This document shows, one piece after another, positions 11,901-23,858 of a stretch of 64,000 bases of DNA. Numbering within the stretch: position 1 is the first letter of the stretch; each line of letters opens with the position of its first letter. This DNA is from Macrostomum lignano (lineage: Eukaryota), in the NCBI GenBank assembly GCA_002269645.1, contig NIVC01001552.1:1-64000 (forward strand). The letters run 5' to 3'. The translations under genes were made by a program, and so were the position numbers. A model generated the notes under the pieces. That model had not been told where the DNA came from, searched no databases, and saw only the letters and a list, made by a program, of their open reading frames with translations.

Positions 11901-14900
11901 CGGATATCACACTACTATTCTACCGAATATTGGACTTTTATTCTACCGGATATTAGACTATTCTACTACTGGATATTAGACTACTATTCTACTGGATATT
12001 ATACTATTCTACTGGATATTAGACTACTATTCTACTGGATATTAGACTACTATTCTACTGGATATTATACTATTCTACTGGATATTAGACTACTATTCTA
12101 CTGGATATTATACTATTCTACTGGATATTAGACTACTATTCTACTGGATATTATACTATTCTACTGGATATTACACTACTATTCTACCGGATATTAGACT
12201 ACTATTCTAACGGATATTAGACTACTATTCTACCGGATATTATACTATTCTACTGGATATTACACTACTATTCAACCGGATATTACACTACTATTCTACC
12301 GGATATTAGAATTCTAAGACTTCTCAGATTTAGTATATTAGACTAGCAATCTTCGCCCCCCGATGGGGGACATCTGGTTAGAATCCTTGTTCTTTACAAA
12401 TAACAAATAGACAGCGAACTAAAGCCTTCAAAAAACAACAACAGACATTCCCTCTAAAAACAAAACATCCCAAGACAGCAAGCATCCTCAGACAGCATTC
12501 AAGCATCGATCCCAAAATAGCAAGCATCCCCCAGGTAGCAAGCATCCCCCCGATAGCAAGCAACCCCAGATAGCAAGCATCCGCAGATAGCAAGCATTCC
12601 CCAGACCCCAGATAGTAAGCATCCCCCAGATAGCAAGCATCCCCCAGATCGCAAGCATCCCCAGATCGCAAGCATCCCCCAGATAGCAAGCACCCCAAAT
12701 AGTAAGCATCCACCATACAATAAGTAAAGTAGCTAGTGCTACAATTTCCTTAGCTCTATAGTGGCTCCTTTAAAATTGGCATGACGCTTACTTTTACGTT
12801 TGAAATTGTGTAAATTTTATGTTTGACATGGTGGCTCTTTAATGTTTGACATGGTGGCTTTTTAATGTTTGACATGGTGGCTCTTTAATGTTTGACATGG
12901 TGGCTCTTTTATGTTCTACATGGTGGCTCTCTTATGTTTGATTCAGGGTTTTTTTAATGTCTGACATGGTGTCTCTTTATTGTTTGACATGGTGGCGTTT
13001 TACTGTTTGACATTATGGCTCTTTAATTTTTGACATGGTGGCTCTTTTATGTTTGAAATGGTGGCTCTTTATGTTAGACATGGTGGCTCTTTAATGTTCG
13101 ACATGGTGGCTCTTTAATGTTAGACATGATGGCTCTTTAATGTTTGACATTGCGGCTCTTTTAATGTTTGACATGGTGGCTCTTTTATGTTGGACATGGT
13201 GGCTCTTTTTTGCTTGACATGGTGGCTCTTTACTGTTTGACATGGTGGCTCTTTAATGTTCGAAATGGTGGCTCTTTAATGTTTGACATGATGGCTCTTT
13301 TATGTTTGACATGGTGGCTCTTTTATGTTGGACATAGTGGTTCTTTAATGTTCGACATTGGTTGCTCTTTTATGTTCAAAAAGGTGGCTTTTTAATGTTA
13401 GACATGGTGGCTCTTTAATGTTCGACATGGTGGCTCTTTAATGTTAGACATGGTGGCTCTTTATTGTTCGACATGATGGCTCTTTAATGTTTGACATTGC
13501 GGCTCTTTAATGTTTGACATGGTGGCTCCTTTATGTTTGACATGGTGGCTCTTTTTTGATTGACATGGTGGCTCCTTTATGTTTGACATGATGGCTCTTT
13601 TATGTTTGACATGGTGGCTCTTTAATGTTTTACGTGGTGGCTCTTTAATGTTCTTCATGGTAGCTCTTTTATGTTTGACATGGAGTCACGAATATACTTG
13701 ACATGGTGACTCGTTATTGTTCGACATGGTGGCTCTTCTATGTTTGACATGGTAGCACTTTAATGTTTGACATGCTAGCTCTATAATGTTTGACATGGAG
13801 TCACATATATGTTGGACATGGTGGCTCTTTAATGTTCGACATGGTGGCTCTTTAATGTTTGACATGGTGGCTCTTTAATTTTTGACATGATGGCTCTTTA
13901 ATGTTCGACATGATGGCTGTTTAATGTTTGTTATGTAGTCATGTGTATATGTTTTACATGGTGGCTCTTTTATGTGTGACATGGAGTCACGTATATATTT
14001 GACATGGAGTCACATATATGTTTGACATGATGGCTCTTTTATGTTTGACATGGTGGCTCTTTTATGTTTGACATGGTGGCTGTTTTATGTTTGACATGGT
14101 GGCTCTTCTATGTTTGACATGGTGGCTCTTTAATGTTCTACATGGTGGCTCTCTTATGTTTGATTCGGGTTTTTTTAATGTCTGACATGGTGTCCCTTTA
14201 TTGTTTGACATAGTGGCTCTTTAATGTTCGACATTGGTTGCTCTTTTATGTTCAAAAAGGTGGCTTTTTAATGTTAGACATGGTGGCTCTTTAATGTTCG
14301 ACATGGTGGCTCTTTAATGTTAGACATGGTGGCTCTTTATTGTTCGACATGATGGCTCTTTAATGTTTGACATTGCGGCTCTTTAATGTTTGACATGGTG
14401 GCTCCTTTATGTTTGACATGGTGGCTCTTTTTTGATTGACATGGTGGCTCCTTTATGTTTGACATGATGGCTCTTTTATGTTTGACATGGTGGCTCTTTA
14501 ATGTTTTACGTGGTGGCTCTTTAATGTTCTTCATGGTAGCTCTTTTATGTTTGACATGGAGTCACGAATATACTTGACATGGTGACTCGTTATTGTTCGA
14601 CATGGTGGCTCTTCTATGTTTGACATGGTAGCACTTTAATGTTTGACATGCTAGCTCTATAATGTTTGACATGGAGTCACATATATGTTGGACATGGTGG
14701 CTCTTTAATGTTCGACATGGTGGCTCTTTAATGTTTGACATGGTGGCTCTTTAATTTTTGACATGATGGCTCTTTAATGTTCGACATGATGGCTGTTTAA
14801 TGTTTGTTATGTAGTCATGTGTATATGTTTTACATGGTGGCTCTTTTATGTGTGACATGGAGTCACGTATATATTTGACATGGAGTCACATATATGTTTG

Positions 14901-17900
14901 ACATGATGGCTCTTTTATGTTTGACATGGTGGCTCTTTTATGTTTGACATGGTGGCTGTTTTATGTTTGACATGGTGGCTCTTCTATGTTTGACATGGTG
15001 GCTCTTTAATGTTCTACATGGTGGCTCTCTTATGTTTGATTCGGGTTTTTTTAATGTCTGACATGGTGTCCCTTTATTGTTTGACATAGTGGCTCTTTTA
15101 TGTTTGACATGATGGCTCTTTAATGTTTGAAATGGTGGCTCTTTAATGTTCGACATGGTGGCTCCTTTATGTTTAACATGGTGCTCTTAAATGTTTGACA
15201 TCGTGGCTCTTTAATGTTTGACATGGTGGCTCTCTAGTGTTTCACATGGAGTCACGTCTGTGTTTGACATGGAGTCACGTATATATTTGGCATGGAGTCA
15301 CGTATATGCTTTTCATGGTGGCTCTTTTATGTTTGACATGGTGGGTCTTTAATGTTTGACATGGTGGCTCTTTAATTTTTGACATGATGGCTCTTTAATG
15401 TTCGACATGATGGCTGTTTAATGTTTGTTATGTAGTCATGTGTATATGTTTTACATGGTGGCTCTTTTATGTGTGACATGGAGTCACGTATATATTTGAC
15501 ATGGAGTCACATATATGTTTGACATGATGGCTCTTTTATGTTTGACATGGTGGCTCTTTTATGTTTGACATGGTGGCTGTTTTATGTTTGACATGGTGGC
15601 TCTTCTATGTTTGACATGGTGGCTCTTTAATGTTCTACATGGTGGCTCTCTTATGTTTGATTCGGGTTTTTTTAATGTCTGACATGGTGTCCCTTTATTG
15701 TTTGACATAGTGGCTCTTTTATGTTTGACATGATGGCTCTTTAATGTTCGACATGGTGGCTCTTTAATGTTTGACATGGTGGCTCTTTAATGTTTGACCT
15801 GGTGGCACCTTAATGTAATGATGGCTCTTTAATGTTTGAAATGGTGGCTCTTTAATGTTCGACATGGTGGCTCCTTTATGTTTAACATGGTGCTCTTAAA
15901 TGTTTGACATCGTGGCTCTTTAATGTTTGACATGGTGGCTCTCTAGTGTTTCACATGGAGTCACGTCTGTGTTTGACATGGAGTCACGTATATATTTGGC
16001 ATGGAGTCACGTATATGCTTTTCATGGTGGCTCTTTTATGTTTGACATGGTGGGTCTTTAATGTTTGACATGGTGGCTCTTTAATTTTTGACATGATGGC
16101 TCTTTAATGTTCGACATGATGGCTGTTTAATGTTTGTTATGTAGTCATGTGTATATGTTTTACATGGTGGCTCTTTTATGTGTGACATGGAGTCACGTAT
16201 ATATTTGACATGGAGTCACATATATGTTTGACATGGTGGCTCTTTAGTGTTCGATATGGTGGCTGTTTAATGTTTGACATAGTGGCTATTTTATGTTTGA
16301 CATAGTGGCTCTTTAATGTCTGACATGGTGGCTCTTTAATGTTTGACATGGTGGCTCTTTTATGTTCGACATGGTGGCTCTTTAATGTACGACATAATGG
16401 CTCGTTTATTTTCGACATGGTGGCTCTTTAGTGTTTGACATGGCTTTTTAATGTTTGACATGGTGGCTCTTTTATGCTTGACATGGTGGCTCTTTAACGT
16501 TCGACATGGTGGCTCTTTAATGTTTGACATGGTGGCTCTTTTATGCTTGACATGGTGGCTCTTTAATGTTTGACATAAAGTCACTTATACATGGTGTCTC
16601 TTAAATATTAGACATGGTGGCTCGTTTAGGTTTGACATGTTGGCTCTTTTATGTTTGACATGGTGGCTCTTTTATGTTCGACATGGTGGCTCTTTTTTGT
16701 TCTACATGGTAACTCTTTTATGTTTGATACGGTGGCTTTTTAATATCTGACATGGTGGCTCATCTATGTTTGACATTGTGGCTCTTCTGTGTTTGACATG
16801 GTGGCTGTTTAATGTTTGACATGGTGGCTCTTTAATGTACGACATAATGGCTCGTTTAAGTTGGACATGGTGGCTTTTTAATGTTTGACATGGTAGCTCT
16901 GTTATGTTCGACATGGTGGCTCTTTTAGGTTTGACATGGTGGCTCTTAAATGTTTCACATGGTGGCTCTTAAATGTCTTACATGGTGGCTCTTTTATGTT
17001 TGACAATGTGGCTGTTTAATGTTTTACATGGCGGCTCTTTTATGTTCGACATGGTGGCTCTTTAATGTTTGACATGCTAGCTCTTTAATGTTCGACATAG
17101 TGGCTCTTTTATGTTTGGCATGGTGGCTATTTAATGTTCTTCATGGTGGCTCTTTTACGTTTGACATGGTGGGTCTTTAATGTTCGACGTGGTGGCTCTT
17201 TAATTTTCGAAATGGTGACTCTTTTATGTTTCACATGGTGGCTCTTTAATGTTTGACATAGAGTGACGTATATGTTTTACATGGTGCCCATGTAATGTTT
17301 GACATGGTGCCTCTTTTATGTTTGACATTGTGCTTTTTTATGTTTAGCAGTTTCGTGTTTTCAAGGTGTTTTAATAAAAAAATCTTTTTGCAGCACTAAG
17401 ATTGGAACCCAGGTCGCTGCATTAGCAGTCCAGTCTGTTCGCATCTATGCTATCTCTTTTCAATTGGCGAACATGATTTGTGGCCCTTATAATTCAATGC
17501 TTACAGCAAGTTGGTTAGAGTAAAAAGTTATGACATAATCAATTTCTTAGTCAGCCAGTATCAGTGTCAATTTAAGTTAGCAATATTGTTACGCAATTTC
17601 AATCAAGTTGTGTGTGCATTTCTTTGGCACTGTTTTCAACTTGTTGTGATGCAATCTTTATCAGAATTGAAATTCAGTCAGTCAGTTTTTTCTCTAGCAT
17701 TCTTACAATGCATTTCAGATCGAAAGAGCCGCTTGACCTTTGCAAAAAAGCCTGTTTTTCGAATATTTAATCCCTTTAATATTGAGCAATTTTTTAGCCA
17801 AGATGCATGTACCGTCCCAGGAAAATTTCTGATCGAATGGTGCAAGTTTGAAGAAAATCGGTTGAGCCATTTTTTCTGAAATCTATCGCATACCTACCCA

Positions 17901-18596
17901 CATACATACAGACAACTCATTTTTAGTATATAGGATTGTACCATATATAAGAATTCTATTCTACTAGATTATTAAATCCATTCTATGATCAGTCTACTAG
18001 ACTTTAGAATCAAGAATAATCCTAAACAATAAACCAGCACAAACCTTGTGATTATAGGGCTTGTTAGAGAACAGCTCCGGGCTCATATAGTATGGCGTAC
18101 CAATAAGCGTCTTGGCCATATCATTGGATGAGTCCAGCACCCGAGCAATGCCAAGGTCGCCAACTTTGATAATTTTAGATCTTGTCAAAAAGATATTCTG
18201 AGTTTTTAAATCTCTGTGCAAGATATTTCTCTCGTGCATGTATTGCAAAGCCATGGCAACCTGTACGAACCATTCCACTATTTGCCTCTCTGGCAGCGGT
18301 ACACCTTTCTGCTCTTTAAGCTTCGTGTACACGTCGCCACCTTCGCAATAGGCCATCACAATGTAGAGGATACCCTCCAGTTCAAATGAGTCCCTATAGC
18401 CAACTATGTTGGGATGCTTCAACTGGGACAGCAGTTTGCACTCCTGCTCGGCACTCTTGCGCTCTTTCTGGCTAGCATTGACCAGGCTGATCTTCTTCAA
18501 CACATACTGGCGCCTATCTTTCTGATGCTTGGACAGCCACACCTCTCCATAGCTGCCTTTCCCTATCTGCTTGATTAGCTGATACTCGCCAAGCAT
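8970..18596 (-). CDS. NEK4: NIMA-related Ser/Thr kinase NEK4 orthologue, 4 coding exons (18596-18045, 11662-10975, 10329-10238, 9629-8970), ~663 aa
   Basis: Kinase motifs GKGSYGEV, HRDLKTQNIFL, GDLGIARVL, IGTPYYMSPELFSNKPYNHK|SDVWALGCCVYEMATLKHAFNA match NEK4 as I recall it, and the C-terminal NEK-type helical tail is present. All introns are GT..AG, phases 0/1/0 are consistent, and the exon lengths sum to 1992 nt (664 codons including stop). Confidence 0.92.
9671..9905 (+). mobile_element. Probable tRNA-derived SINE with CORE-like central segment, in NEK4 intron 3
   Basis: A-box-like gcctcgcggttaagagc followed by ccttgggcaaggcacttaa...cagttcactcagctgtaaaatgggt, resembling the CORE-SINE consensus. 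B box is degenerate. Confidence 0.5.
9951..10121. repeat. 78-bp tandem duplication (~2.2 copies)
   Basis: cgactctaaaacgacgagatgtcagagtac... starts at 9951 and 10029, with a partial copy at 10107. Confidence 0.9.
10370..10950. repeat. Minisatellite, ~23-24 bp unit (cagattcaagggagattatcatgta), filling NEK4 intron 2
   Basis: Direct reading of tandem units. The repetitive ORFs 10444 and 10470 are by-products. Confidence 0.95.
11687..12312. repeat. Minisatellite, 20-23 bp unit (ctggatattagactactattcta), NEK4 intron 1
   Basis: Direct reading of tandem units. Confidence 0.95.
12470..12715. repeat. Minisatellite, ~18-19 bp unit (tagcaagcatcccccaga), NEK4 intron 1
   Basis: Direct reading of tandem units. 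Confidence 0.9.
12815..17345. repeat. 4.5-kb minisatellite, 21-bp unit (atgtttgacatggtggctcttta) with higher-order block duplications, NEK4 intron 1
   Basis: About 200 tandem units. Identical ORF translations at 13461 and 14337 mark an 876-bp block duplication. Confidence 0.97.
17700..17935 (-). mobile_element. Helitron-like 5' end (non-autonomous, truncated)
   Basis: Minus strand reads A|TCCTATATACTAAAAATGAGTTGTCTGTATGTATGT...GGCTCAACCGATTTTCTTCAAACTT, resembling invertebrate Helitron 5' termini. The 3' CTAG end was not found. Confidence 0.4.
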
Positions 18597-20004
18597 GGAT
18601 TGAAGGCCTGCAAAAACAGTCGCTTGCAATTGATAGAAACTAATACTGATTTTATGGAAATCAGTTCTAGTTAGTCAAAAAATACAAATCAAATAAAATA
18701 CTAATACATGTATCTCGATCCTATTGTTTACATTGCTAAGCGTCTCTAACCCAAAAGCCAGATTCATCAAATTTTAAAATTGATAGAATGGCATTTAGGA
18801 TCCAACTTTAATATTCAAAAATTCAAGTTAATTCAATTATGACCCACACAATGACAAAAATACTAAATAACAGCATAATATTTATTATATGCCTATATGC
18901 CTATCAACAAAGAGGGGGTCATTTCATAAGCCAAAATTATACCATGTGTTGGACTTTGAATAAAAACAAATTTATATAGTATTATCCTATGGGTTTTATC
19001 TTGTTTATTTTTTTGAGAAATTGCTATATAAAGGGCTCAAAAGGTAGAGTTGGACAATAAGTATGCTTAAAATTGTCATAAAGAAACAAAATGGGCTCAA
19101 TCAACAATTATTGTACAATTTTACCACAGTTATAACTGTTTTACATCTGTTATTTGTCTTGTTTGGCATAGTAATATACTGAATAGCATCATTGTATCAT
19201 AAGTTAAGTTAGTTTTTAATCCATATGAAGTATATCAGCCTTGATTTTATCTTGCAGATAAGCAGTTTAATGAGTTTCAATCTGTTTTTAAGTATATCAA
19301 CCTAAATTTTATGATTCAAAGGAGGCAATTTGGTAAGTTTAATACTGATAGCATTGATGTTATTCCCAATTGAAAGTAAGGAAAGTAGCATGTAACTCTT
19401 TTTATATAAGGCCTCAATGCAAGCCCTTGATTTAATGAATTAGACAAAATCAAAGGCCCTTTTTGATAAAGCAAAATAATATTATAACTAAAGCTTTCAC
19501 CTTTCAAAGCCTTTTTATTTCCTATTGCTCTTAAGAAATAATATGAGCAAATATACCATAAACTCAATCAGGTGTTTTTGCTCTACTGTGGAACTGGACT
19601 TAAGAAATGTCTAAAAGAAAGCCAAAGGAGCAAAAAGACATTTTAGTATCAAAAATGCAAGACAAGCAGCAATTTTGAATAAATAGGTAACTGGTTGGGC
19701 TATAAAAGATTCATATTAACCTATTAGCCTATATTGACAATTTCTATAATTGCAGGAAATTATACTTTGTATATATTTAAGCACATAGCAATACAAGACT
19801 GGTGAGTATAAAAGTCCGAAACTTTTTGCTATCATGTAACAAAGGGAATTCACTAAAAACACTAAACAAGTCTGCTCAAACCTATTACTTGATTTCAATA
19901 TCAATTTCTATTTTAAATAAAATACAAAAATGTGTTACAAAGGTTACAAAGGGCATAAAGATACAGAAGGATTGTAGAAGAAAGACTGTATCTCCATAGT
20001 GTTT

Positions 20005-20235
20005 TTAGGTATTGTGAAATTTAGGGCTTATGAAATTTAGGTCTTGTGAAATTTAGGGCTTATGAAATTTAGGTCTTGTGAAATTCTGTGCATGCCTTTT
20101 AGGTGTTATGAAATTTAGGTTTTGTGAAATCTGTTGCATTGCTTATTTTTGACATTGTGGAAATTAGGGTTTATGAAATATAAGTCTTATGAAAGGTTCT
20201 GGTTTTGACATTGTGAAAATTAGGGTTTGTGAAAC
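20005..20235. repeat. Short tandem repeat, ~16-bp unit (tgaaatttagggctta / tgaaatttaggtcttg)
   Basis: Direct reading; may be subterminal repeats of a decayed DNA transposon. Confidence 0.75.
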
Positions 20236-20239
20236 AATC

Positions 20240-21205
20240 CTTATCTGTTGAAGGTCTTGGCCTAGTGGATCCCACAAATCTTGACAAGCAACCAGAAGTC
20301 TGTGCAGTTGCAATATATAAAGCTTGTCCTGCAAACTTACAATCAAGATCCTGCCATCTTTCTGTCTTGCTATGTGACTGGTGATAAGACATGGATCTAC
20401 TACCATGATCCCAAGTCAAAGGAGGAGTCAAAAAGCAGTGGCTACTAGTTGGCACACCTGCACCACTGAAAGCATGGACTGGATGCAGTACAGGCAAGAA
20501 AATGCTCACTATCTTTTGGGATGCCAAAGGTCCATTGCTGCTGGACTTTCTGCTACACAAGCAGACAGTCACAGGTACTTACTATGCCAATCTGATCACC
20601 TGTCTACACAAGGCAATCAAGGAAAATTGATGGGAAATGCTGAGCCATGGTGTTGTGTTGCAGCATAACAACGCACCTGCCACACTAGTGGGCTGGCAAA
20701 GGCAGCTGTCAATGTTGCAGGGTTCCAAGAGCTACCACACCCTACCTATTCACCAGAACTTGCCAAGTAACTTTTACCTATTTCTGCATCCCAAGCGAGC
20801 ACTTCATTGGCCGCAATCTGACATGAATAAAGCCCTGAAGGATGCTGCAACCTCTTGGTTTAAGAGGTGCTCAAAGAAGTTCCTTTAGAGCAGCATCAAA
20901 GCATTGCGATCAAGATGTCACAAGTGCATCTTGGTCAAAGGAGACTATGTAAAAAACATACATGCGCAACCTTAGGAATCACTCGGCCATTTCTATTGGC
21001 AACACACACATATAAGTTGCTATTGGCTGAGAGTAGTCACGTGACTATTATTCCTTCCAATAGCAACTTACATGTGTGTGTTGCCAATAGAAACAGCCGG
21101 GTAAATCCATAGGTTGCACCCAAGCATGTAAAAAAAGCTGATTGGATTTGCCCCAATTCTCTTTCCTTTATACCAAGGCTCAGAACTTTTTAATGCCCCT
21201 TGTAT
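20240..21205 (+). pseudogene. Decayed mariner (DD34D-type) transposase and right end
   Basis: Frame-hopping translation gives YVTGDKTWIYYHDPKSKEES, MLTIFWDAKGPLLLDFL, VVLQHNNAPA and HPTYSPELA, i.e. eroded VTGDETW / HDNA / HPPYSPDLA motifs with stops and frameshifts. A TIR-like cagaactttttaatgcccct lies near 21180-21205. Confidence 0.8.
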
Positions 21206-21469
21206 ATACGAGTGTATATGGCCAAGTTATATAGTTTAGAAACTTAAATAAATTATAATATATATCAAAGGTAGGCCTTACTGCCCTAGGAATGGTCAGA
21301 AATTTTTCATAGATGATTCCCCATAGGAAATGACTAAACAAAAGAAATCAAATTTATTTATTTTTTTGTACCTATAAAAAGATATGTCTCTGTCCCCTTG
21401 TCTATATTATTGATATTAGTATAAAATAAAATTGGCTGAATCTATATAACTAAATTCTAATTTAATTTA

Positions 21470-21780
21470 TTGTTTTTTTTCACTTATTTGTTTTATTTAT
21501 TTATTTACCAATTTATTGCTTTATCCTCACTCCTTTATTCTTTTCCTCATTTCCTTTTCTCCACCTTCTTTTTATATTTACTATCCATCACTCCCTTAAC
21601 TTCTATATTTATCTATCTTTCTACCTTGTCCCTTTATTCTTATTATATTCTTACCCTCTATAATCCTCTTTTCCTCTCCTTTCTCACCTTCTTTGCACCT
21701 TTTTATAACCTTCCTCTATTTTCCTATCCTCTTTCACCCTCTTCTTACCCTCTCTTTATCCTTCTCTTTTACTTTTAATT
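21470..21780. repeat. C/T-rich low-complexity tract
   Basis: Pyrimidine-biased plus strand. Confidence 0.8.
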
Positions 21781-23858
21781 ATTAGCTTTGGGATCCACAA
21801 AACCCTCATCCATCGACAACTCAAACTCAATTGCCGCAAGCAACAGGCCCTGCAGTCTCAACTCCAAGGCTTAAAGGACAGCCTCCAGCCAAAACTGGGC
21901 CTCACCACATTCTCAGTCCTGTGCCATCTTATCAACAAGAAGACTCGCCAGTGTGTCAACACAGAAAGGATCAAACTTGAGAAGAAGCTCCAAAACCTTT
22001 GGCTAGAGAAGCAGCATCATGCAAGCATTTCACAGGCTATTACCAACATCTCAAGCTGGAAACTGAGTCCATCTGAACAACATGCCCTTCAATATGGCCT
22101 CCAACATCCAATCCTCCCAACTAGGCTCAACAAAATGCACATCGCCGCCGACATTGAAGCCCTTGTGTGTAAGTGCCTCTCTCACAATAACACGGGGAGT
22201 CATGAGCCGCGCCAACTTCCTGACAATTTCAAAAGAAAGATCATGTTTGAATTTGAACAATTCTCTGCCAAGACCACTAACTTTTTATCCAACAAGAGAA
22301 ATAAGCTGCTCCACCATACCCTCAAATAGCTCAACAAGTCTGACAACATAAAAATTGTCAATTATGACAAGGGCTATAGGGTTGCTTTCCTCAACACCAT
22401 TGACTACATCAATAAACTTAACAACATCCTTCTGGACTAGACCAAATTCCAATGTCTGGGATCGCATGATGACATCACGATGTCCCACCCTATCTTCAAA
22501 TCCGAACGCTCTCTTCAAAACTTTCTGCGCACCCACGTCAAACAACACATTGATGAAAAATCTTTAAACGCATCATCCCCAGTGGCAGCCAACTTGGTCA
22601 GCTTTATGGGGTCTGCAAGGTCCACAAACCTGACAAACCCCTCAGACCAATTGTCTCCATGATTCATACTGCTAAATATGAACTCGCCAAGTACTTGGAT
22701 TCCCTCATCAAGCCTTGCCTCTCGTCCAATTTCTCTATAAAATCTAACAGTGAATTTCTCTATGATCTTCAACAATTTAGTGCCGATACTCCTTGTTCTA
22801 ACACGCTCTGTAGCTTTGATGTTGTTTCTCTTTTCACCAACATCCCCCTTGATATTGCTGTCGACCTGGCTACTGAACTGGTTTATAAAGCCAACCCTCC
22901 CTCCATGACCAAGACCTTCAAAAATCTCCTTCGCTTCGCAACCTCTGGCATCTTTCTGTTTGATAATAAATACTACCGGCAAATTGATGGATGTGCCATG
23001 GGCAGCCCCCTGGCCCCCACTCTGGCCAAGGTCTGTTTGTCCCACTGGGAAACCAACAACTGGATGTCTCTTGATTGTGCCCCCAAATTCTACAGGCAGT
23101 ATGATGACGACACTTTTGCCATTTTCAACAACAGCACCAAAATCGAGTCCTTCCTTCAAGCTCTCAACTCTACTCATCTTAACATCAAATTCACCCTTGA
23201 AAAGGCTACTGACCAAAAGCTTCCATTCTTAGACCTAGACATTAAGGGTGATCGAAAATATTTTTTTTCGATTTCTGACTTCTTTGTCTGATAGAGAGTT
23301 GTGAAATTATATGCATAAACACTAGCTATCATTATTTTTTCAAAATATTTTCATTTACCCCCTCCACACTCATCCCAAAGATGGCACCCCCAAAAATGAC
23401 ACCCAAAAATCGAAAATCAAGAATATCTCGAAAACGGTTAGTCTTACGACCTAAAAATGTATTACTAACAGATAGAAATAGGGCTATTTCCTATCGATTG
23501 ACGCCTATTACAGGTTCATATGTCATTCTGATCCCCTTCTACAGAAATATTGTCAATTTTCCTATCTTTAACATATGACTAACATAGAAAAAAATGTTCT
23601 GGCCCAGTTTGGGATAAAAAATCGCCACTTTTGTCGGTGTTTCATCTTAATATGCCATAGCATATTGATTTTGTCGCATTTTACTTTAAATAACATCATA
23701 AATCGACTACGTGGCAAAGTGCACAATGTGCATCTGGCCATAGAATAAACTTGTTATACAGGTTAAGACTGTCTGATAGCTGATTCACTAAAAATATTAT
23801 TGAAGTCTTTGCCACTGCTTGCCATTGACGATAAAGCTCTTTGATTGCTAAATGCGCA

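Noticed and set aside
10444-17345. Repetitive ORFs in the NEK4 intronic arrays (e.g. MYRFKG..., KEPPCQTLKSHHVKH...)
   Set aside because: These are periodic translations of minisatellites inside introns defined by phase-consistent splice sites; there is no evidence they are coding.
18597-18629. N-terminal extension MQATVFAGLQS of the kinase in the ORF track
   Set aside because: It overlaps a polypyrimidine tract and AG acceptor. The ATG at 18596 aligns with the NEK4 start.
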